This document shows positions 1 to 15,120 of a stretch of DNA of 45,547 nucleotides, in pieces. Position numbers and translations under genes: made by a program. The stretch's first letter is position 1. Each line of letters opens with the position of its first letter. The notes beneath the pieces are model-generated. The model worked only from the letters and a program-made list of their open reading frames with translations. It ran no database searches and was not told the DNA's origin. Source of the stretch: Eledone cirrhosa (taxonomy: Eukaryota); assembly GCA_964016885.1 (NCBI GenBank), contig CAXHJY010000063.1, positions 1 through 45,547 of the forward strand, read 5' to 3'.

Positions 1-63
1 TGATATATATTTTCCTTATCGAGCCCTCTTTGGATTTTAGTCTTCAATTTTATTATTATTACT
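1..63 (-). repeat. Short dispersed repeat (about 80-95 bp when complete), copy 1 of 4; other copies at 3101-3193, 5643-5735 and 15122-15198
   Basis: The sequence AATCCAAAGAGGGCTCGATAAGGAAAATATATATC, or its reverse complement, occurs four times in alternating orientation, always within or at the edge of TA tracts. The 15122 copy abuts a PLE pLTR. Confidence 0.9.
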
Positions 64-425
64 ATAATATATATATATATATTATATTTATACATATATA
101 TATAATATATATATAATATATTTATTTATAAATAAATAATATATATATATTATATATAAGTAATATATATATATATATAATATATATATTTATATAATAT
201 AAATAATATATATATATATAATATTTATATATATATATATATATAATATATATTTAATATATATATAATATATATATAATATATATATAATATATATATA
301 ATATATATATAATATATATAATATATAATATATATATATAATATATATACATATAATATATATATATATATATATAATATATATATATAATATATATATA
401 TAATATATATATAATATACATATAC

Positions 426-456
<31 letters not shown>

Positions 457-516
457 ACATATAAATCTATATATATATATATATATTTATAATATATATA
501 TATAAAATATATATAT

Positions 517-547
<31 letters not shown>

Positions 548-648
548 ATATATTTAATATATATATATATATAATATATTTCATATATATATATAATATA
601 TTTATAATAAATATATATAATGTATATATATATATAATATATATATAT

Positions 649-681
<33 letters not shown>

Positions 682-1330
682 ATATATATATAATATATAT
701 ATATATTATATATAATATATATATATATATAATATATATATAATATATATATAATATATATATAATATTTATATAATATATATATATATAATATATATAT
801 TTATATAATATATATATAATATATATATATATAATATATATATATAATATATATATATGATATATATATAATATATATATATATATAATATATATATATA
901 TATGATATATATATAATATATATATATAATATGTATATATATAATATATTTATAATATATATGTATAATATATATATATATATATAATATATATATATAT
1001 ATATAGTATATATATAATATATATAATATATATGATATATATATATAATATATGTAATATATATATCATATATATATATTATATTTATACATATACATAA
1101 TATATATATATATATATAATATATATATTTATAATATATATAAGATATATATATATATAATATATATATATATATAATATATATATAAATAATATATATA
1201 ATATATATATAATATATATATATATAATATATATATAATTTGTATACATATATAATATATAAATATAATATATATATATATAATATGTATATATATATTA
1301 TATATATATATATATGTATAATATATATAT

Positions 1331-1361
<31 letters not shown>

Positions 1362-1580
1362 ATTTACCTATATTATATTTATACATATATATATTATATA
1401 TATATATAATATATATATTTATAATATATATATATATAATATATATAATATATATATAATATATATATATATATAATATATATATATAATATATATATAT
1501 AATATATATAATATATATATATATAATATATATATAAATATATATATAATATATATATATAATATATATATATATAATAT

Positions 1581-2308
1581 AGTAGAATAATCGAGTATCG
1601 AAAAATCGGCGCACGAGTTCACGATAAACAAAATTTCGAGATGAGTGGCAGAGGGCTCCAAAATTGAAATAAATCAGAGCTATAACTATCGTTAAAATAC
1701 CGTCACACGTAGAATATGTCTACAATCAACCAAATAACCGAAAAATTATGATATGGAAGATTCGGGACACTCTGATAAATTATCAATAAATCAATAAATG
1801 AAATGAATGTAAAAAGCATACCCGGACCAACTAGAGAGATGGTATATCTAGCTTCTTGGGTTTCTGTAAATCCTTAATCCCTCCTCTATCAACTCACATA
1901 AAAATATAAGACTTACAGACAACGGAGGACTGGAGTTACTTCTTCAACGAGCTTTTGTCCGAACGGATGAAAAGACAAAACCCAGGCTGAAAATACGCAC
2001 ATCGATTTCAGCAAGGGAGACAACCCTTATATCCGCAAAATATATTCGAGAAAATGTGGAATAACACATATCGAATAAGAGTGCTCAATAGACATGTTAA
2101 AATAAACAGGAACTATTCATCATTTAATAGAATCGACAAAAAATGAACAATAAAATTAACTTGTCAATAGCTAGGTCTAGAGCTAAATATAGTAGAATAA
2201 TCGAGTATCGAAAAATCGGCGCACGAGTTCACGATAAACAAAATTCGAGATGAGCGGCAGAGGTCTCCATAATTCAAATAAATCAGAGCTATAACTATCG
2301 TTAAAATA
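1581..2308. mobile_element. Non-coding element in TA with about 118-bp terminal direct repeats (1581-1699 and 2191-2308; period 610 bp); probably a PLE-derived partial-tandem insertion
   Basis: AGTAGAATAATCGAGTATCG...ACTATCGTTAAAATA is repeated directly. No credible ORF. A degenerate HHR-like motif lies on the minus strand at about 1850-1953. Confidence 0.6.
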
Positions 2309-2821
2309 TAATGTATATATATATAATATATATACATATATATAAAATATATATAAATATAATATATATATAATATACATATAATATATATATATAATAT
2401 ATATATATATATCATATATATACATATATATAATATATATATATATAATATATATATAATATACATATACATATATATGTATATTCATATATATATAATA
2501 TATATATATCATATATATATATAATATATATATATAATATATATATATAATATATATATATATAATATATATATATATAATATATATATATAATATATAT
2601 ATATATAATATATATATATATAATATATATATAATATACATATATATAATATATATATAATATATATATATAATATATATATACAATATAATATAATATA
2701 ATATATATATATATAATATATATATATATAATATATAAATATATAATATATATATAATATATATATAATATATATATATATATAATATATATATAATATA
2801 TATATATAATATATATATAAT

Positions 2822-2868
<47 letters not shown>

Positions 2869-3018
2869 TATATATAATGTGTATATATATAATATATTTA
2901 TAATATATATATATAATATATATATATATATATAATATAAATATATAATATATGTGTAATATATATATAGAATATATATATATATTATATATATATTATA
3001 TATATATTATATATATAT

Positions 3019-3050
<32 letters not shown>

Positions 3051-4057
3051 ATTATATATATATATATATTATATATATATATTATATATATATATATGAT
3101 AGTAATAATAATAAAATTGTAGACTAAAATCCAAAGAGGGCTCGATAAGGAAAATATATATCAAATATATAAGAACTGTTATTTTGTTAAACATATATAT
3201 TTATTATATATATATTATATATATATATATTATATATATATATTATATTATATATATACATATAATATATATATATATAATATTTATATATATATATATA
3301 TAATATATATGTAATATATATATAATATATATATAATATATATATATAATATATATAATATATAATATATATATATAATATATATACATATAATATATAT
3401 ACATATATATATAATATATATATATAATATATATATATAATATATATATAATATACATATACATATATATATATATATATATATTTATATAATATATAAA
3501 TCTATATATATATATATATAATATATATATATATAATATATAAATATATATATAAATATATATATAAATATATATAATATATAATATATATATATATATA
3601 ATATATATATATAATATATATATATTATATTTATACATATATATATATATAATATATATATATATATATAATATATATATATATATATAATATATATATA
3701 TATATAATATATATATATAATATATATATATAATAAAATATATAATATATATATATAATATATATAATATATATATTATATATATTATATATATATATTA
3801 TATATATATAATATATATATATAATATATATAATATATATATCATATATATTATATATATATATATTATATATATATAAAATATATATATAATATATATA
3901 ATATATATATTATATATATTATATATATATATTATATATATGTAATATATATATATAATATATATAATATATATATTATATATATTTTATATACATATTA
4001 TATATATATAATATATATATATATATATAATATATATACATATAATATATATACATT

Positions 4058-4099
<42 letters not shown>

Positions 4100-4832
4100 T
4101 ATATAATATATATATAATATACATATACATATATATATATATACATATATATAATATAAATATAAAAATATGTATATAATATATATATAATACATATATA
4201 ATATATATATATATAATATAATATATATATATATATATATAATATATATTTAATATATATGTATAATATATATATACATAATATATATATATATATAATA
4301 TTTATATATAATACATATATTATATACATATACATATATATATATATATATAATATATATATAAATATATAATATATATATATATATAATATATATATAT
4401 ATATATAATATATATAATATAATATATATATATATATATATAATATATAATATATATATATTTAATATTATATATATATATATATATAATATATATATAA
4501 TATATATATAATATATATATATTATATTATATATATATATATTATATATATATATTATATATATATAAATATTATATATATATATTATATATATATAATA
4601 TATATATATACTATATATATATATATATAATATATATATAATATATATATAAAATATATATAATATATATATTATATATATTATATATATATATTATATA
4701 TATATAATATATATATATATAATATATATGATATATATATTATATATATATATTATATATATATATAATATATATAATATATATATTATATATAGTATGT
4801 ATATATATTATATATTTATTATATATATATAT

Positions 4833-4868
<36 letters not shown>

Positions 4869-4949
4869 TATATATATATATATATTTTATATATATATAT
4901 ATATTATATATATATATAATATATATATATATAATATATATATATATAT

Positions 4950-4981
<32 letters not shown>

Positions 4982-5432
4982 ATTATATATATATATATAT
5001 TATATATATATGATATATATATAATATATATATAATATGTATATATATAATATATTTATGATATATATATATAATACATATATAATATATATATATAATA
5101 TATATGTAATATATATATATTATATATATATATATTATATATATATATTGTATATATATTATATATATATTATATATATATTATATATACATATATTATA
5201 TGATATATATATATTATATATATATGATATATATATGATATATATATGGTATATATATATATATAATGTATAAAATATGTATATCATATATATATATTAT
5301 ATTTATACATATATATAATATATATATATATAATATATATATTTATAATATATATAATATATATATATATAATATATATATATAATATATATATATAATA
5401 TATATATAATATATATAATATATATATATAAT

Positions 5433-5464
<32 letters not shown>

Positions 5465-6092
5465 ATATATATATATATAATATATATATAATATATATAT
5501 ATATAATATATATAATATATATATATAATTTGTATACACATATAATATATAAATATAATATATATATATATTATATGTATATATATAATATAATATATAT
5601 ATATAATATATATATATATAATATATATATAATAAATATATATGTTTAACAAAATAACAGTTCTTATATATTTGATATATATTTTCCTTATCGAGCCCTC
5701 TTTGGATTTTAGTCTTCAATTTTATTATTATTACTATAATATATATATATATATTATATTTATACATATATATATAATATATATATATAATATATTTATT
5801 TATAAATAAATAATATATATATAATATATATAAGTAATATATATATATATATAATATATATATTTATATAATATAAATAATATATATATATATAATATTT
5901 ATATATATATATATATATAATATATATTTAATATATATATAATATATATATAATATATATATAATATATATATAATATATATATAATATATATAATATAT
6001 AATATATATATATAATATATATACATATAAATATATATATATATATATAATATATATATATAATATATATATATAATATATATATAATATAC

Positions 6093-6131
<39 letters not shown>

Positions 6132-6155
6132 ACATATAAATCTATATATATATAT

Positions 6156-6350
6156 ACCACGTTTATGGTATAAAAGAGGTCGTAGACTAATGTTCTCTTA
6201 GGTGATGCATAGAGACGTTCTCTGGCAATGAACGAAATAACGAAGATAATAAGTCATATGTGGAGCGTGGAGAACAATAGCACTCAAAGACAAAACTACC
6301 CACCATACGTAGCGATTCTTTGCTTAAACTTTAATCTGTTATTTTAATAA
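6156..6350. mobile_element. Mosaic fragment of the pLTR of the 15201-17512 PLE family
   Basis: 6156-6295 matches about 15456-15592 in the same orientation. CCCACCATACGTA matches 15962-15974. 6311-6350 matches 17471-17510, the inverted pLTR end. Confidence 0.8.
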
Positions 6351-6442
6351 ATATATATATATGATATATATATATATTATATATATATATATATATATAA
6401 TGTATATAATATATATATCATATATATATATTATATTTATAC

Positions 6443-6490
<48 letters not shown>

Positions 6491-6544
6491 TTATACATAT
6501 ATATAAAATATATATCATATATATATATATTATATTTATACATA

Positions 6545-6589
<45 letters not shown>

Positions 6590-6595
6590 TTATAC

Positions 6596-6627
<32 letters not shown>

Positions 6628-6677
6628 ATATTTATACATATATATATAATATATATATATATATATTATATTTATAC

Positions 6678-6712
<35 letters not shown>

Positions 6713-6767
6713 TTTATTTATACATATATATATATAATATATATATATATATAATATAAATATTTAT

Positions 6768-6802
<35 letters not shown>

Positions 6803-6871
6803 ATATATATATATATATAATATATATATATACATAATATATATAATATATATATAGACATAATATATATA

Positions 6872-6911
<40 letters not shown>

Positions 6912-7014
6912 CAAAAGTTCTATTTAAAGTTGTTAGGAGACAACAAGTAAATATTTTTATAACTGATATATATATATATATAAATATTTTTATAACTGAT
7001 ATATATATATATAA

Positions 7015-7049
<35 letters not shown>

Positions 7050-7361
7050 CACAGTTCAAGGGTAACCAATCTTAAAGAGAGAGATGGAGATAGTAGAAGA
7101 GATATGAGAGGAGAGATTGAGGCGTTAGTTAGAAGATAAATAGTAAAGACATGTGCTCAATGTGCAATATGCTGTAGAAAGCAGTTAGGTGGCTGGGTTC
7201 ATGCAGAAGTTAGGTGCGCAGAGCTGGTAATATTCATTATTTAAGCAAAACAAGGCCACAAACTTCACAAGGAAGCCATTATTAAAAGATTGTCAAATTA
7301 TTTTAGTTTGATGTAAGGAATGTAGAGAATAATAATAATAATATTAATAATAATAATGTCC

Positions 7362-7481
7362 GTTTACAATTGTTTCGCTACTCCATATAATATTTCTGGA
7401 TCAGATGATTATATATCATAATTGATCTGGTTCAGTTGAAAATAATTAACATATTTAAAAAACAGAGTGGCCCATCGGAAC
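7362..7481 (-). ncRNA. Type I HHR motif, degenerate copy (CCGATGG ... GAAAC-AATT-GTA)
   Basis: Reverse complement of the 13310-13429 motif with an A9G change. Confidence 0.6.
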
Positions 7482-7848
7482 TTCAAAGGAATATAAATTA
7501 AAATAATGTTACATGATATAGTGTTCCATATATTGGTTTTCACTATGGTATCTTGGTTGCATCAGTTGTCAGCCATAATCAAGAAGTATTTATCTGTCGA
7601 GGCTGCATTGTGTGAGATCTGCCTATGGCTAACAATATGGCTGCCAAAGGGCATATTTACCTTACTAATTAGAGGGTGGTTTCAGGGGAAGTAACTTCTC
7701 GAGAGATTAGAAATTGTGAGTGTTTATAGTTAAGTGCTAATTTTTAAATGTGTTAATTGAGAGACAATATAGGGGAGGTAACTTATAATTATCGAGTTGT
7801 TCATAGCAATTTAACTTATTAGCTACAAGTAAAAATGTGGCTACATGA

Positions 7849-8493
7849 CTAAGTTGGGTCAAACATTCTATTGGCGCAGGAATTAGCCCTTCAATGTTGA
7901 CAGCTAATGGTTACCTCCGTTCTATCGTTAATCGGTAAAGGTCGTGATAGAGTTATGTAATATGCTTCCGTAACACAGAGATCACAAGATTTTCTTCGTC
8001 CATTGAATGGTTGGGCCATAGCCACGATATCTCATTTTAGTGAGTGTTGGACCTTGTTTAATTTAAGGTTTTTAATGGGCCTAGCTAGAGATGTCGAACA
8101 TCTGTTGCTAGGGTCTCGGAAGGAAAAAGAGTACGCATTATAGCGTACCTTATAAGAGTTATAGGTAGACCAGATATAAGAGCTGGTATTCGAAGCAGTC
8201 TCAACCGTGCACCTATAAACTATGTTGGGTGTCAGGCAGTGTCCATTTAATGAGCATACATTGAGGTAACGGCAGTTGCAGTTGCTTCTGCGGTTAGTGA
8301 GAGTAGGGTTGTTTAACCTAAGCGGTAGGTCCGTGCTAGAAGGATTAGATGGGGGAGGTGTGCTACTAGAGTAAGTATTAGTGTAGTGGCGTGGTGGTGT
8401 ATGTGATAGGAGTGGTGGTACCGCGGTGTGGGAGTTATACTGTCTTAGCTTATGTTGGTTACTGAACGCGATGTGGCTAACTAGGTTAGGTGT
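7849..8493 (-). pseudogene. PLE GIY-YIG endonuclease remnant (Naiad-type CxC-x5-C-x5-C linker, C-terminal CDLC)
   Basis: TPNL...CNCRYLNVCSLNGHCLTPNIVYRCTV...YIWST...LK*DIVAMAQPFNGRRKSCDLCVTEA. YIG has become YIW, a conserved Trp is TGA, and there is a further CGA>TGA stop. Confidence 0.85.
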
Positions 8494-8686
8494 TGTAAGG
8501 TAAATATGCCCTTTGGCAGCCACATTGTTAGCCATAGGCAGATCTCACACAATGCAGCCTCGACAGATGAATACTGATTGATTATGGCTGACAACTGATG
8601 CAACCAAGACACCATAGTAAAAACCAATATATGGAACACTATATTATGATATATTATCCCATTATTTTAATTTATATTCCTTTGAA

Positions 8687-8806
8687 GTTCCGATTAGCCA
8701 CTCTGTTTTTTAAATATGTTAATCATTTTCAACTGAACCAGATCAATTATGATATATAATCATCTGATCCAGAAATATTATATGGAATAGCGAAACAATT
8801 GTAAAC
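8687..8806 (+). ncRNA. Type I HHR motif, degenerate copy (CCGATTA ... GAAAC-AATT-GTA) in the inverted pLTR
   Basis: Same fold as 13310-13429 with a G8U change. Confidence 0.55.
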
Positions 8807-8910
8807 GGACATTATTATTATTAATATTATTATTCTTATTCTCTATATTCCTTACATCAAACTCAAATATGTTGACAATCTTTTAATAATACTTCCTTGT
8901 TAACTATTGA

Positions 8911-10078
<1,168 letters not shown>

Positions 10079-10113
10079 ATTATATATATTATATATATAT
10101 TATATATATATAT

Positions 10114-10146
<33 letters not shown>

Positions 10147-10147
10147 A

Positions 10148-10619
10148 CTGAACCTCTACTCCTTGGAGCGAAGACGGGAGAGATACGCAGTGATCTACAT
10201 GTGGAAAATCCTGGAGGGACTAGCACCAAACTTTGGCATTGGGAGCTGGACCAACCGTCGAACAGGACGTCACTGTGTGGTGCCAAAGGTCCCGTCTTCA
10301 ACATCTAGAATAAGGAGCAGGTGTTGCGATAGCCTGGGATTCAAGGGCCCTCAATTCTTCAACAGGCAGCCGAGGCATCTGAGAGACTTGCATGACGAGA
10401 AGGTGGATGTCTTTAAGAAACATCTCGACACCTTGTTATCCAGGATCCCGGATGAGCCCACAGCAAGACACGAGGGAAACCTAAGGGCAGCAGCAACAAA
10501 CTCCCTCCTACACCAGTGGCCAACCTATACAGGCTGGAGATAAAATGTTTAGCAACAAGGGCGGTGCTCCAGCATGGCCTCAGCCGGATGGCTGAAACAG
10601 GTAAAAGAGTAAAAGAGTA
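10148..10619 (+). mobile_element. 3' fragment of a CR1-group LINE (C-terminus of ORF2, 3' UTR and (TAAAAGAG)n tail)
   Basis: Translation NLYSLERRRERYAVIYMWKILEGLAPN...KGPQFFN...VDVFKKHLDTLLSRIPDEP...AATNSL is typical of CR1-type ORF2 ends. It ends GGCGGTGCTCCAGCATGGCC...CTGAAACAGG-TAAAAGAG-TAAAAGAG. Confidence 0.85.
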
Positions 10620-10961
10620 TATATATATATATATATTATATATATATATATTATATTTATATATATATTATATATATATATATTATATATATATGTTATA
10701 TTTATATATATTATATATATATATATTATATATATATTATATATATATATATTATATATATATATTATATATATATATATTATATATATATATTATATAT
10801 ATATTATATATATATATTATATATATATTATATATATATATATTATATATATATATTATGTATATATTATATATATTATATATATATTATATATATATAT
10901 TATATATAATATATATATATATATATATTATATATAATATATATAATATATATATATATAT

Positions 10962-11036
10962 ACTCTTTTACACTTTTACCTGTTTCAGCCATCCGGCTGA
11001 GGCCATGCTGGGGCACCGCCCTTGTTGCTACACATT
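10962..11036 (-). mobile_element. Inverted second copy of the same LINE 3' tail
   Basis: Reverse complement of about 10544-10619 with few mismatches, separated from it by about 340 bp of TA. Confidence 0.88.
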
Positions 11037-11120
11037 GTATTATATATAATATATATATATTATATATAATATATATATATATATATAATATATATATATA
11101 TAATATATATATATATATAT

Positions 11121-11155
<35 letters not shown>

Positions 11156-11216
11156 ATATATATATATTATATATATAGATATATTATATATATATATATA
11201 TTACATATATATATAT

Positions 11217-11248
<32 letters not shown>

Positions 11249-11548
11249 ATATTATTATATATATATATTATATATATATATATTATTATATATATATATA
11301 TTATATATATATATATATTATATATATATATATTATTATATATATATATATATTATATATATATATATTATATATATATATATTATTATATATATATATT
11401 ATATATATATTTTATATATACATATATATATATATATATTATATATACATATATATATATTATATATGTGTATATATATAATATATATATATATTTTATA
11501 TATACATATGTATATATATATATTATATATATATATATTATATATATT

Positions 11549-12297
11549 AGGTATAGGATTACCCAAGATGTAGTAATGGTTAATTACTTCACTGGATATG
11601 GTTGACGTACGGTGAGAGGTTACTCTACGAGTTATGGAAGAATTGTTGAAGAAACTTAGTTCCTGATCCTTCTGTATTCCGGAGTGTATATAAAGAATGA
11701 ATAATAACAGGTAGACATAATAAAAAGGTAATTTATTCCGTGTGCTTACAAATGTTGCACGGTGGTACTACAGCCTAGTTATGCTATGTGCAAACTTACA
11801 AGAATTTGCAGAACTCAAATATCCAATGCTGTGACCACTGTATCCTCAGAGCAGAATGGTAAAATGTACAATGTAAATACCCTTAAGTGGAGTTGTTGGG
11901 GAAGAAAGAGTAGAAAAGGAAGAGAGAAAAGTAGGGGAGAGGGAGAGAGAGACAAAGATATGCAGGGGTTGGAGAAGGAGGAGAGAGTGGTTTGTAGATA
12001 TCTTAATCAAAATGTTATGGTAGGAGTTTTATTATACTGGTTACTTTTGGAGAGATGCGTTGATTGTTAATGTCGGAATTATTTATTGCCCCAGAGGGCA
12101 GGTTCATAGATGTGGAGAGGGAGGTAGGCCAAAAGCGAGAGAGAGAGAGTGTAATGGGTGTAGAGAGAGAGGTAGAGAAGGGACAGACGAAGTTTATGTG
12201 GTGAGTGAACTTTGGGTTTGTAGTAGTAATCTGTGAATTGCACTGAGTTACCATTTATAGTATAAGCAGTGAATTGTCTTGTAGTGTGGGGGAAGAG
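11549..12297 (-). mobile_element. PLE pLTR/3' region of another family, joined head-to-head to the 12298 element
   Basis: The minus strand carries an HHR motif (11743-11853), then AATAAA, then a tail ending in TA. Confidence 0.65.
11743..11853 (-). ncRNA. Type I HHR motif with long stem II, degenerate (GAAA>GCAA)
   Basis: TGCT-CTGAGGA-TACAGTGGT...ACCACCGT-GCAAC-ATTT-GTA-AGCA. Stem I TGCT/AGCA pairs, and the stem II arms pair. Confidence 0.65.
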
Positions 12298-12942
12298 ACA
12301 CCTAACCTAGTTAGCCAAATCGCGTTCAGTAACAATCATAAGCTAAGACAGTATAACTCCCACACCGCGGTACCACCACTCCTATCACATACACCACCAC
12401 GCCACTACACTAATACTTACTCTAGTAGCACACCTCCCCCATCTAATCCTTCTAGCACGGACCTACCACTTAGGTTAAACAACCTTACTCTCACTAACCG
12501 CAGATGCAACTGCAACTGCCGTTACCTCAATGTATGTTCATTAAATGGACACTGCCTGACACGCAACATAGTTTATAGGTGCACGGTTGAGACTGCTTCG
12601 AATACCAGCTCGTATATCTGGTCTACCTCTAACTCTTATAAGGTACGCTATAATGCGCACTCTTTTTCCTTCCGAGACACTAGCAACAGATGTTCGACAT
12701 CGCTATCTAGGCCCATTAAAAACCTTAAATTAAACAACGTTCAACACACACTAAAATGAGATATCGTGGCTATGGCCCAACCATTCAATGGACGAAGAAA
12801 ATCTTGTGATCTCTGTGTTACGGAAGCATATTACATAACTCTATCACGACCTTTACCGATTAACGATAGAACGGAGGTAACCATTAGCTGTCAACATCGA
12901 AGGGCTAATTCCTTCGCCAATAGAATGTTTGACCCAACTTAG
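12298..12942 (+). pseudogene. PLE GIY-YIG endonuclease remnant
   Basis: The ORF 12274-12759 continues in frame past TGA (12757-12759) as DIVAMAQPFNGRRKSCDLCVTEAYYI...ISCQH...FDPT*. It aligns by eye with the 16205-17029 protein. Confidence 0.88.
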
Positions 12943-13309
12943 TAATGTAGCCCCATTATTACTTGTAACTAATAAGTTAAATTGCAATGAACAACTCGAT
13001 AATTATAAGTTACCTCCCCTACATTGTCTCTCAATTAAAAAATTTAAAAATTAGCACTTAACTATAAACACTCACAATTTCTAATCTCTCGAGAAGTTAC
13101 TTCCCCGGAAACCACCCTCTAATTAGTAAGGTAAATATGCCCTTTGGCAGCCATATTGTTAGCCATAGGCAGATCTCACACAATGCAGCCTCGACAGATA
13201 GATACTGCTTGATTATGGCTGACAATCGATGCAACCAAAACACCATAGTAAAAACCAATATATGGAACACTATATCATGTAACATTATTTTAATTTATAT
13301 TCCTTTGAA

Positions 13310-13429
13310 GTTCCGATGAGCCACTCTGTTTTTTAAATATGTTAATTATTTTCAACTGAACCAGATCAATTATGATATATAATCCTATGATCCAGAAATA
13401 TCATATGGAGTAGCGAAACAATTGTAAAC
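13310..13429 (+). ncRNA. Type I HHR, U4C core variant, about 95-nt stem II
   Basis: GTT-CCGATGA-GCCACTC...GAGTAGC-GAAAC-AATT-GTA-AAC. Stem I is GTT/AAC, stem/loop III is the palindrome ACAATTGT, and the cleavage triplet is GUA. Confidence 0.8.
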
Positions 13430-13740
13430 GGACATTATTATTATTAATATTATTATTATTATTCTCTACATACCTTACATGAAACTAAAATAATTTGACA
13501 ATCTTTTAATAATGGCTTCCTTGTGAAGTTTGTGGCCTTGTTTAGCTTAAATAATGAATATTTCCAGCTCTGCACACCTAACATATGCATGAACCCAGCC
13601 ACCTAACTGCTTTCTACAGCATATTGCACATTGTGCACATGCCTTTACGCTTTAGCTTCTAACTAACTCACCAATCTCTCCTGTCATATCTCTTCTACTA
13701 TCTCCATCTCTCTCTTTAAGATTGGTTACTCTTGACCTGC

Positions 13741-13821
<81 letters not shown>

Positions 13822-13829
13822 ACATATAT

Positions 13830-13872
<43 letters not shown>

Positions 13873-13874
13873 TC

Positions 13875-13939
<65 letters not shown>

Positions 13940-14111
13940 ATATATATATATAATATATAATATATATATATGTATATATAATATATATATATATATAATA
14001 TATATATATATATAATATAATATATATATATATATAATATATAATATATTATATATATCTGTATATTATATATATATATTGTATATATATTATATATATA
14101 TATATATATAT

Positions 14112-14156
<45 letters not shown>

Positions 14157-14301
14157 ATATTATATATATATTATATATATATATTATATATTATATATAT
14201 ATATATAATATATATATATTATATATATATATATTATATATATATGTATATTATATATAATATATATATTATATATATATATATTATATATATATGTATA
14301 T

Positions 14302-14333
<32 letters not shown>

Positions 14334-14473
14334 GTATATTATATATATATATATATATTATATATATATGTATATTATATATATATATATATTATATATA
14401 TATATATATTATATATATATATATATTATATATATATATATATTATATATATATATATTATATATATATATTG

Positions 14474-14507
<34 letters not shown>

Positions 14508-14762
14508 ATTATATATATATAATATAGATATATATATATAATATTTATATATTATATATATATATAATATATATATATATATATAATATATATACATATA
14601 ATTTATATATATATAATATATATACATACAATATATATACATATAATATATATATATATATAATATATATATATATAATATATATATATATAATATATAA
14701 TATTTATATATTATATATATATATAATATATATATATAATATATATATATATAATATATATA

Positions 14763-14803
<41 letters not shown>

Positions 14804-14998
14804 TATAATATATATATAATATATATATAATATATATAATACATATATTATATATCTTATATAAATTATATATATATAATATATATATATATAATATATA
14901 TATATATATGTATATATATAATAAATATATATATATAATATATATAATATATATATATATATAATATATATATATAATATATATATATATAATATATT

Positions 14999-15031
<33 letters not shown>

Positions 15032-15044
15032 ATATTTATGTATA

Positions 15045-15105
<61 letters not shown>

Positions 15106-15120
15106 TATATATATAATATA
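13741..15120. repeat. Interrupted (TA)n microsatellite
   Basis: Seen directly. Confidence 0.97.

Larger units (their letters stand above)
1..6912. repeat. Large interrupted (TA)n microsatellite field with short embedded unique islands
   Basis: Almost pure TA dinucleotide with TAAT/ATTA phase slips; the Ile/Tyr ORFs here are translations of it. Confidence 0.97.
7052..8905 (-). mobile_element. 5'-truncated Naiad-type PLE: GIY-YIG remnant and 3' pLTR on the minus strand, capped by an inverted partial pLTR (8494-8905)
   Basis: 8494-8905 is a reverse-complement copy of about 7255-7665. The internal ORF has CNCRYLNVCSLNGHC and IVY...YIW. Both flanks are TA. Confidence 0.88.
12298..13739 (+). mobile_element. 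Second, inverted copy of the 7052-8493 Naiad-type PLE fragment (GIY-YIG remnant and pLTR)
   Basis: About 1.44 kb reverse-complement match to 7052-8493 with scattered substitutions. Confidence 0.92.

Noticed and set aside
8494-8535. ATG-initiated N-terminus MANNVAAKGHIYLT of the 167-aa ORF
   Set aside because: It derives from the inverted pLTR fused to the truncated ORF and is not a native start.
12757-12759. In-frame TGA conserved in both EN copies (also 8032-8034), considered as selenocysteine because some Naiad PLEs are reported to encode selenoproteins
   Set aside because: It aligns with the conserved Trp of WEIL in the 16205-17029 protein, not with a Cys. The Cys ligands use TGY codons, and I could not see a SECIS element. 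A TGG>TGA nonsense change is simpler.
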